Shown in pieces: positions 1 to 10,293 of a DNA stretch of 64,000 nt. Under the pieces are notes generated by a model. It was given only the letters and a program-made list of their open reading frames with translations. It searched no databases and had not been told where the DNA came from. Position 1 is the first letter of the stretch, and each line of letters starts with the position of its first letter. This stretch comes from Takakia lepidozioides (Eukaryota > Plantae > Bryophyta): assembly GCA_030704615.1 (NCBI GenBank), contig CM060731.1, positions 23,374,001-23,438,000 on the forward strand. The letters run 5' to 3'. Position numbers and translations under genes: made by a program.

Positions 1-2698
1 ACTGGAATGTTCAGCAAGAGATTGCGGAGGCTGGAGAGAAAGGGAAAGCAGAGTACTATGCCAAAAAAGACCCAGGGAGCGATCCTCAAAAGGAGTGGAA
101 GAATATATGAACAAGGAGATGGAGGTGGCGAAGAGGCACTACATGAGCGCGTTCGTGAAACAACTCAGAATAGCCGACCTTGCTTTTGGCCCGGAGTTCT
201 TGAATCAGGTCAGGATCCACTGGAACTTGAACACCAAGCCTGAAATGATGCAGGAGAAGCTTCATCGCCTGTCCACTGCCGTTGTGGAGCCAGAGAGGTG
301 AAAGTGAAATGGCTTGAGATTTGGAACGCCGACCCCACAGTGAAAGATAACCACTGCTTTCCGAAGAGTGAGAAGAACAAGGAAACAAGAGTAATAAAGC
401 AATTCAGTGACCATGTTCTCAATATGTGGCTGCACAAAGCCACGTATTGGGCACAGGTTTTTTCCTCTCCCCTTTCCATTTCCACTGCAAATCTGCATTG
501 CACCGGGAAAAGTCACTTACTCTTCTTAAACATCTTTTCTCTGAATTGTAGAACTGTTCTTACGCAGATAGAGGCTCGGGCACAGCTGGTGCTGAAGAAA
601 CAGCTGAACGATTACAAGATAACTATGACTCCACCGACGGATACTCTAGAAGACTACGTCCGCCAGTGGAAAGCAGCTTGCTTCGGCACTTGCTTCTTCA
701 GGGAGTTCGCCAAAGATGGAGGCATCTCGCGCACTAACGACTTCGAGCAGCAGCATGGATCAGAACAGGCCATGAAGAGGGTTCTATACAGGTTCGTCTT
801 GACACTCTTTTCCCACCCTTCTTTCCTTTCTCACGAAGTTTCGATTTCGTTGCAGCCCTGCTATTTTGAATAAACAGTCCCAAAACTGTGTGCGCTGACG
901 CACTCAGTAAAGGGGTGGGCACTTCTGTGTCTCCCAAGCTCTCATTGTACATACGAATATCCGATCCTGTACTGAACCACACCTGCCCTGGCTTGTAAGT
1001 AGGGCCTGATTGGACAAACCAAAAATTGAGTGCGCTGGCGCACTCAGTCAAGGGGTCCTTAAACAATTATCTCACACTTTCCCCACTCACTAATATTCCC
1101 TCTGTTTTGATTGTGTAGGTACATCAAAAACGTTCTCATTCCAGGCCAGAACTTGAGTCGACACCCGCACTTTATTGACCTATGGTGTGATCCATCCAAC
1201 TCTCAGACAATGTACATTGCAGGGATTTTGAAGGATTACGGGACCTCGCATCTTTGAGACTACTGCTGGTATATGGATATCCCACGGTCTGGATGCCCTT
1301 GGTTTGAGTTTGTGACCCGAAATCAAAATGAGGCCTTGGCCCCTCTGACGGACAAGGAGTTGCACGAGAGAAACTTGAGGATATTGGCTGAGAAAGAGCC
1401 TCTTGCACAAAATACGCCAGTCAAGCCTAGAAAGGACAAGGGGGAAAGGGAAGGGTAAAGGGGTAGAAAAACACTCCGAATGAGAATGAGATGGAGTCCG
1501 TGGTGCAACCGGGGCCACTGCAGACCCCACCCCCAGCCAAAAAGCCTGACCGAAAGAAAAAGGGTCTTAAAGAGCCCTACGATGCAATGGAGCACCCATC
1601 TAGAATCATTTTTCCGGGCATGTGCGAGCTGGTAAACGACGGTTCCTGGCCATGATGGAGACAAGGAAGTCAAGTTACAGTGGTGATCCTTCCAAAACGT
1701 GGGACAAGCTCTGTGCTTTTCTCCAATCGGTAAGCAATTCTCATGCATGTGTTTGAGTTTTGTTTTCTTTGTTTTATTTTTGCTCGGATCAGAAAGGTCG
1801 CTTATAAAACATCTTTCCCTTCTTACACGCTATATTGCCTGCAGGCATGGAGGGGAAAGGAATCTTGGGTGAATGGTGCACTGAAACCGTTTGCTTCGGA
1901 GATGGTTATTGTGGACAGTCCGGACGGGCATCCAGTCCTGGATATTCTGCCCAGTGACACCTGCCCAACATGGAACAAATTTGACGAGAGGTATTGGAGT
2001 TGGGTGTTTTCCTTTTGCAAGTTTTTCCTTTCCGATGCAGGGGTTCTTGTTATCATACAATTTGTCACGATGAGATGTCGCCGGGAGTTGGCAAGCTACT
2101 TGAAAGTGTCGGGGATGCGGATTATCAAGACCTGGAATTGTGTCAACAGCCTATATCTGACGAAGGGGGATTGCCCAGGGCAGAAGGTACGTTTCAAATA
2201 CTTTATTTTTATGCCTTCTCTGTTGAAGTTCCATTGTACTGACTGTTATGAAGTCATGTTGTTCGCACTGCCTGAATTGAGTGCTTCAGCACACTCAGTT
2301 TTGGCAGTGCATGAGCAATGACTCTGAACCCGTTCCATCCGGAATGGGTCTGCACTCCCACCCAGATGTGCTATGAAACATTCCTCACTAATTATTGACC
2401 TCTTCATCGCAGACTCGTCTATTTGAGGCCGTCTGTCTCGTGAGGGTACATCCACTGTCGACTCCCACCACAGTGGTGGAGTTTGAGCTTCATGGGGGAG
2501 GATGTTTCATAAACGAGAGGTTCGATCCTGTTGTCGATGACATGCACTACAACTATGTGGACTCCAACGTATGTTTGCGAAAGCCAAATGGAACGCCTTG
2601 GAGAGGGGCCCGTGAAAAAAACCCGGTTTTTATCCAAACGATCATTGAGAGTTGTTCTCGGCCAGGGGCCCACATCATAGATCTCACTCTCGGCAGAG
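1..2698 (+). pseudogene. 3' portion of a spliced ParB-like/beta-class (N4/N6) DNA methyltransferase-like TE gene, copy 1. The 5' part is outside the window and the last exon is missing at the gypsy insertion.
   Basis: Exons (~1-456, 551-791, 1119-1730, 1845-2187, 2411-2698) align with the minus-strand gene at 10294-16934 (MSAFVKQLRIAD, QEKLHRLSTAVV, WLHKATYW, FDERYW.WVFSFC.FFLSDAGVLV, RLFEAVCLVR, DDMH.NYVDSNVCLR). Motif IV-like MVIVDSPDG at ~1903-1929. REKNPVFIQTIIESCSRPGAHIIDLTLGRG resembles the KP..L...I...S.PGD.VLDPF.GSG segment of beta-class MTases. Confidence 0.72.
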
Positions 2699-2803
2699 GT
2701 TTCTCTTCTTGCCTTTGTCATCGATTTCTTTTCTTCTGCACGTCCTATCGTGCGCATACATATCGCTACACAACTACATCGTTGTCCAAAACCACACAAC
2801 ACA

Positions 2804-2929
2804 TGTGCACGCCACACACTAGTATATCACTAGTCCACCACTAGTCAGCCACTAGTCCACCACTAGGCTACAACTAGTCAGTCACTAGGCTGCCACTATG
2901 TTGCCCACTATGGCAGTCACTAGTCCACA
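2804..2929 (-). repeat. Putative 3' LTR of the gypsy element (distal boundary uncertain), preceded by a polypurine tract
   Basis: Minus strand reads AGGGGGGGCGAT (PPT-like, ~2930-2941) then TGTGGAC... The segment is rich in CACTAG(T) repeats. Candidate distal end is TGTGCAC at 2804 on +. No matching 5' LTR was found in the window. Confidence 0.5.
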
Positions 2930-3161
2930 ATCGCCCCCCCTAGCTGGTGCTTAGGTCCCTCTAAGTCCAGGTAGCCACAAGATGTGATAGTGACCATAGC
3001 CTCACTAAGTCCTCCACCACTATCCCTACTACACTCAAACTCGATAGATCAAGAGGCCGGGTGCAAGAGTTGCCCCATCGTTAGTCGCCGTCTTGCAACC
3101 TGTGAACTTGAGCTTGGGATCTCATGTATTGACTCCTATGAGCTTGGCTTCCCATGTCTTG

Positions 3162-4227
3162 TTAGCTGCCTCCAGTCATGTCCACTGCCACTATCCCAAG
3201 TAGTGGACACAACCAATCTCCGTCAGGAACCTTCTCAAGAGGTGGTGTCAAGCATCCCATATGCCAACCCCTTGAGCATCGATCACACACCAGCATGGTG
3301 GCAGACCCACAGAGCATGCACCTCAAACCTGCAGGTACCACTGCCAAGTTTGGGTCAACTCTGCCATCGACATTGGGAAGGTAACATGGCGCACAATTAC
3401 GCACATGGTCCTTCCAAGTCATGCCATCCCAACCCTCCAAGATCAGGACCCCTGAGGGCAACACCTCTCGAACCCTCAGAATAACACGCCCTGCAGTAAC
3501 ATCAAGAGTTGTAGGAGCAGTCTGCTGCAAATAAACATAGTCACCAGGGCTAAACCTCTGAACCCCGGGACGATATCCTCCACCACGTATAGTGGCATAC
3601 CTCAACGTATCACGGTGCTGTGCAATGGCAAGGTTCTCAAAAGCCATGGGCATGACTTTCTTGAACAACTCTGCATGCTGATCACATGCACGTACCCACA
3701 CGTCCGGATCGTCAAGGTTAAGGACTTGAGCAGTGTCCCTACGAATGGCTGCAACCAAATCCGGCTCTCGGCCAAAGAGAAGGAAATATGGTGAGAAGGA
3801 GGCAAGTGATGCTTGTTTGCTGAACCTATAGCCCATGGCTAACCAAGGAACCTGAAGATCCCAATCTCCTAGGTGTCCTTTCTGCAAGCCATACTTGCGC
3901 AAACCCCTCTTCACCGTCTGAACAACTCTCTCTGCCAAGCCATCGGCCTCAGGATGATCCCGAGAAGTGGTGCGGTGGTCTATCAGGGCTTTATCACACA
4001 AAGCCTGAAACTCCCCCAAGAACTCTCTCCCTTGGTCCTTGAGTACCTCAGCTGGAGCACCAAATCGGCTAAGCACACGATCCAAGAATGCATACGCAGC
4101 CCCCTCACTAGCCTTGTCAGGCAATGGAACCAACTCAATCCACTTGGAGAAGTGCTCCACCATCACCAACACATATCTGTGGTGGCACATAGTCAGTGGC
4201 AACGGTCCTCCGAAGTCAAGACTCCAC
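3162..4227 (-). CDS. Gypsy integrase catalytic core with C-terminal PHD finger
   Basis: WSLDFGGPLP, VMVEHFSKW, DQGREF and HPEADGLAERVVQTVK (DDE core). CMLC..MLVCDRCSRGWHMGCLTPPLEKVPDGDWLCP is a C4HC3 PHD finger. Confidence 0.92.
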
Positions 4228-6387
4228 TGTAGTGTGAAAAGAAGGGGGCATAAATCTCCTTCTAGTTAACTCCTAAATTGTTCCTTATCCAAATACACAC
4301 TTACTCACACCACACTTAATCACTCCTACTCTATTCATGATCAGAGATTGGGTACCCTCATCCACGCCGCAGCGGAAGAGAAGACATGGACAGGGGTTGA
4401 GAAGTTTCTCAAACTTATAACTTGGCTCATTTGTAAACAGGGTATTGCATATGCCAGGGTTCTGTTTCCTAAATGTTTCAAGACATACATTATCACAAAA
4501 TCAGGTTAGCCAGCACCCATGAAGGGCAATCCCTTCATAATACTGGCAGGCCAGTTCCATGAAATACACATCAAGTTTTATGGTCACTGATTCAACTACA
4601 ACGGGCTCCAGGTTTTTCACACACACATAGCCTCACTTTGATGATCCACCATTTCTCTTTCAAGATCTCTTTTCCCCATCCCTTTGCATCAAGGACATAT
4701 GACACTTTCAACCCTCTCAATCCCTTCTTGCAGATACAAAATGGGCTACCAATAATCACCCTCAAGTGATCTTCTCTGTTGCAGCCCTCAGCCCCTGCAT
4801 GCTTCTAAGTAATCATGCAATCAGCAGCCAACAGGTTTACTTCCACCTGATTCATTCTCTCTGAAAATGCTACTGCCTAACCTAATTATATGGATGTTGC
4901 CCTCATTGTAAGTCATGGGCACTTCTTCTTTACTCAACCTCATTCACATCCTCCCAAAATAGGAAGCATCCTATGTTTAAGAACTGACTTCCCAACTTCT
5001 TGCAGCACTCCACACAACTTCCACCCTGCCTCACTTTCTCTCTACCACCAGGACTGGTATGAATTCCAGAAGTCTCCATTCCATTTGCCAAAATCTTTTT
5101 CTATCTCCCTCATTTCCATTGAGAGTATCTCTACCAAAATTTCATACTATCCCTAAGTAAGAGAAGACCTTGCATCTACAAACTTAGCTCTCTTATACTC
5201 CAACTGAAGCGGTGGGATTGCCTGCCCGAAATGGCACCTCACCATCTCTGTCAGCAGCTCCCTAACTCCTCTTGTCGTCTGAATGCCACGTTGTAAAAAC
5301 AAAGATCTATGCATGTCAGATCCTGTCATTGCTCTGCCACTCCACCTTTCAGATATTTCGTCGATTCAAGCGTTCAGTGAGTCATGACGGCTCTATTTCA
5401 ACCTATGGCAGTAACCTTGTTGCTTGCCAACTAACTACCCTATCCTACCATCTCTGCTAATCTACCCTACGATCTGATATGATAACAAGTAGACAGTCAT
5501 CATCTGAAAGCTTCTTGCTCTATACATTTCACTCCTTTGCCTCCTTATTTACAGATAACCTGTACCACTGTCCACAAGCCAACGCCCTCATGCTGGCGAT
5601 TGCATCAATCAACATGTGGTCAAGTCAGTAATCCCATCGCTGCCCGTCATCTGGCAGCAATTGCTTCTCCCACAAGTGCAGCTTTCAATAATCGCACATG
5701 AATGCAACGGCGGCAGTATCAGTTTGCACTCCCTACCTCTGGCAGATGCTCGTCGTGATGGAGCTGCTCCATCACTTTAACTAGCCTTTGATTGTGCCAA
5801 CAACCCCACTTTCTATTCCCTGTCAGCAGGCCGTTTCCCTTGCAGTTCATCCTCCCTGTCATCGTGGTCATGAGAGTAACGACGACACTGCCGCCCCTCC
5901 ACCGAGCTGCTTTCCCCGCAACCCTACATCTTCAGAGGTCAAATCACAGGCAGCACCGCCTCAATGCCTTCATTACTTCTGTCAGTAGCACATGATATTA
6001 CTTGCCCTTCATGAATTGTCCTGCAGCACTCCCTCTCTTCAAAACTATGAAACGATTATTGCACCGCCTCCCTTCACCTGGCTTGAGCAAAATTACCTAG
6101 CTGTTCCCTGCACGATTATCCTCCAGCAAGCCCTAAGCTTCCTCGACCCGTGTTTCTATGGTAATCACCAGCGATGAAAGCCATTCATCCTATGGATGAA
6201 AAAGGCGCATTTCATGACTTAGCCACATTTTGTCCTGGCAGCGCAATAGCATATTGTGCCCATGGAATTAACTGTAGGCATGGATACTTCCCTCCTTGTT
6301 ATTAGCACCAGGGCTCTCCCTTTGTAGTAATGCCGAATCCTGATGTCAAACAAAACTTCACTGTTACTCCCCTGCATTCACACTACA
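4228..6387. mobile_element. 2160-bp insertion with TG..CA ends, 11-bp TIRs and 4-bp TSD (solo LTR or non-autonomous Ginger-like element)
   Basis: Starts TGTAGTGTGAA (4228) and ends TTCACACTACA (6387). CCAC is duplicated at 4224-4227 and 6388-6391. Excision restores integrase GLGYRW|SLDFGGP. No recognisable internal ORF. Confidence 0.88.
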
Positions 6388-8420
6388 CCACCTATAGCCC
6401 AATCCTATGATTGGTAAAGGATGCAACTGTGGTGTAGGGCCGTTGAATGAAGCACGCACCCTGTCACACACCATGCACCTAGCCACAAACTGTTGCACCT
6501 CTGTATGCATACCACGCCACCAATACTGCCCCTGTAGTAAACTGTGAGTGCGTCGCACTCCAAAATGCCCCAACTCCTCATGGGCATGCCGCACTAACCG
6601 TGCACGCTGTGTGGGGTGAGGCACAATCCTCACCCAACCATCCTCCCACACTCAATGTAGGTGTATCCCCTCCTACTTGAACCTCTTGGCTTGTTGCAGG
6701 ATCCAATCCCTCTCCCTGGCAGTCACAGTGGCTGCCGTGTCTCCCGTGCCGAGGTAGTCCAACACAGCCGAATCCTCATGTATATCTCTGGCACCACCTG
6801 GCTCATCACTAGCCTCAGGGTCCTCAGACACTTTGTCTACAGTCATCCCTTTTGTAGGTCCAACCTGATCTTCCGATGCTAAGATACACAAAAATGCAGA
6901 TGCGTGCCATCCCGGCACCATCTCCTCGTCCGTCTCACCATGCCACCGAGCTCTAGTGTCATCTTGCTGGCTCGTGCAGGGATTGCGACTCAATCCATCC
7001 GCATCCCGATTGACCAAACCCGGTCGATGCACAACCTGAAAGTCATATTCCTGGAGTACGAGTGCCTACCGTGCAAGCTTCCCCGTAAGCTTGTCTGACT
7101 CCATCAACCACTTAAGTGGCTGGTGATCCGTGACAAGGGTGAAAAAATTGCCGTATAGATAGCACCTGAAGTGTGCCACGGCCCACACTGCAGCTAAGCA
7201 CTCTCCCTCATATGAGCTGTACTTAGCCTCTGCAGCGTTGTTCGAGCGGCTAGCATAAGCCACTACAAACTTTCTTCCCTCATCATCCACCTGTGTGAGC
7301 ACCGCTCCAAGCCCCAGCATGCTCCAATCCATATGCAGCTGAAAGGGACGCCCCCTGATAGGTCGTCTCAGGATAGGTGCCGAGGTCAACCTCGCCTTGA
7401 GCTCTTGAAAAGCTCGTTCCTGCTCATCTTTCCACTACCACTCCTGGTCCACCTTGATCAGCTTGGTTAGAGCCTTTGCAATGGTACTAAATCCCTTGAC
7501 AAACCGTCTATAATAGTTTGCCAACCCCATGAAAGCTCAAACTCGGCTCACATCCGTGGGACGTGGAATTTGTGCAATGGCCTCTACCTTAGTCTGCTGT
7601 ACCCCCAATCCTCCAGGATATATCATGTGACCCAGATACTCAATCTGGTTGTGGAAAAACTTGCACTTCCCCGGATGCAACTTCAATCCGTGCGCTCTCA
7701 AGCGCTCCATACCACCTGAAGGTGTCTTTCATGCTCCTCCACCGTAACACTAAAGATGATGATATCATCTATGTAGCACCGAGCAAAGTCCACCCCTGCT
7801 AAAATCCTATCCATGACTCTCTGAAACTCTGTAGGAGCATTCTTAAGCCAAATGGTAAGAACCGCCACTGATATAGGCAATCCTTGCCGTGCTCATTGAT
7901 CCCCCAGAATGCCGTCTTCTGCTTGTCCGCCTCCTTGATTGGCAACTGGTGATATCCGGATCGTAAATCCAAAGTGCTAAAGACCTTAGCATGCCCAATG
8001 GCATCAAAGATCTCCTCTGGTATTGACATGGCATACTTATCGGACTTGGTCTGACAATTTACAGGCCGGTAATCACCGCACATACGTCTCTCCGTCCAAT
8101 TGCCATAGACATCCTTCTTGGCTAGCATCAATGTGGCTGAAGCATACTCTCCACCAAAGAGCTCCACCAAACCTGCCTCCCAGAGATCTTGAGTCCTCAT
8201 CTGAATCAAAGACCTCTCCATGTCACTGTATCTATAGGGTCTCCGAAAGATTGGCGTGTCATTGGCCAACTCAATACGGATCTCTTGACCCATCAGTGCT
8301 CCCAAGTCCTTCAAACTGAAGGCAAAGCAATTCATGTAAGCCCTTAGGAACCGCCGTATACGTCGTCTCTCTTCTCCAGTGACAATGGGTCCAATGTCAG
8401 GCTCCCAATTGTCCTCTGTA
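6388..8420 (-). pseudogene. Gypsy reverse transcriptase, RNase H and integrase zinc-binding region (frameshifted)
   Basis: RT: RMCGDYRPVN, FSTLDLRSGYHQ, PFGL/KNAPTEFQRVMD, YIDDIII. RH: DWSMLGLGAVL, YSSYEGECLAAVWA, VTDHQPL, HRPGLVNRDADGLSR. INT N-terminus: HEELGHFG..C..C. Confidence 0.93.
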
Positions 8421-8759
8421 ACTGCAACCTTAAGTCCAGTGGGCTTAGAGGTAGAGGACGCGTCCAGTGGTTGCTATGTTGCAACCTCTTGAGCAGTACT
8501 CCCTACCTATTCAGTCAGTGACAAGGCCTCATCCTGCCCCATCATCTCATCCTCAAGGACTTCCTCCACCCGAGAAAAATCCCCAACCTCATCTATCACC
8601 GCCACCTTGGCTGCCAACTCCATCTAAACCTCGAGCACCTCCCACGTGTGCCATGGATGTCTGCACCCCGTGGTCCTCACATGCTCGCCCCCACTCACTG
8701 CCTGTACCGTCTCGGTAGGCAGAGAGACCATCGAGGGAAGTGTACTCCGCACTCTGCGT

Positions 8760-9431
8760 TGCTCAGCCATAGCCAAGCTGATAATCCAGTCAAGCAATTG
8801 AGATCCATTGCTTGCCCCAACACCTGACGACGTGATGCCTCAGAAAGAGGCGACACCGCCGTCGTATCAGTGGTAAAACCCATTGCCCGCTCACGCTCGT
8901 TAGCATTAGGCTCCACTAACTGCTGCAACTGAGTATCCCACAGGAGGCCAGGTCCACTATCCCGGAAAGCATGCGATGCTGGGAAGCTGAGCAATGTAGG
9001 TAATGCTGCTCGTGGTTGACCCACCTTGTTGACCACTGCCAAAGGCGAACGGTCATCGTGTTTCTCACGCTGAGACTGCCTCCCTGTGTCCAGAATGCTA
9101 TCCACTGTGAGATATGTTGGCCGCTGCACCCCATCAAATGCACGCTTGAGCAGTGCGGGTGACATCAAGTTAGTCCACCATAGCCGGCAACAACTCAGGG
9201 TACTGCTGCACCAACTGAGCAACATGGCGAAGTGAAACGCGTCCTGCAGTCTCATCCCTCTCTACATACAGGTAACGCCGAACTCGTACACCTGTCTGTA
9301 ACACAGCAGCCAATCCGGTGCTGATCCTGCCAGATAAGTCCAGAAGACAAATGCCTTTATCCGGATACTGCCACACAATAGGTGTGGTGTCCAATGGAGA
9401 CAATTGAGGTGGTCCTGGTGGGGGGGGTGCT
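8760..9431 (-). pseudogene. C5 cytosine DNA methyltransferase domain embedded in gypsy pol between PR and RT, with an internal deletion
   Basis: Motif I-like GICLLDLSGRISTG..VLQTGVRVRRYLYVERD; motif VIII-like RLWWTNL; motifs IX-X EPNANERERAMGF..DTT..SEASRRQVLGQAMD. Motifs IV (PC) and VI (ENV) are absent and the two halves are fused out of frame at ~9185. Confidence 0.8.
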
Positions 9432-10293
9432 ATTCCGTGAGCCTGGAGGCGTGAGCCTGTGAGCCCAGGAAAGCGTGAGCCCAGCACAGGCTCACGCCAC
9501 GTCAGCATGCAAACAGTGCCTATTTCCGCGGATGTCACCTATTTCCGCGGGTTGATGTGGGGAGAATTGAGAATGCCTGAACAGTCTTTGATGAGGTGGA
9601 CTTCACCGTGATGGATTCACCAACCATTCTTCTAGCAGGAATGGTTTGGGGACGTACTAGCAAATGATGCGAGAATGATGTAAACGAACCAAAGTGGTTT
9701 GTTTGTTTTTGCAATGTACTCAAGTCTGTGAGGTCCACAAAACAACAAATATATTGAAGGAACAATCCGGGCAGTCCATGCAACCCCCATCTCCAACAAT
9801 AGTTTGGAACCATGAATGTGAATTCCACGCACACATTGCAAAGGACAATAAGGACACACAACCATCCCATTTCAAATTTGTCCCAGAATTAAACCAAAAG
9901 AAGACTTCATATCAAGTGTCGCAGTCATCACAATCAGTGTCCACCCTCCTGCTATGTCATCTACAAAGATTCTGGCCCCAACACACGTGTTCTACGAAGG
10001 CCATCGCAAGGTGGACTCTGAGTGCCATGAACGGACATGCTTGCTGCGAGTGCCTCCGCATAGACAGGTAGCACACAAGACCGAGGAGGACTGAAAACAA
10101 GTCCAAATAGGTGTGATAGCCCAGGAGGGCAAGTGGAAGCACGCGGACTCCTACACATGTCCACAAAATCCCATTTTTAACACAATGATGCAATGCACAA
10201 GTCCAACGAAGAGGATGTCTCCCATGTGCACTTTGCCTCAAGAACAGTGATTCTCGATATTGAAACAACAATGCAAGCATGCACAGGTTGAAC

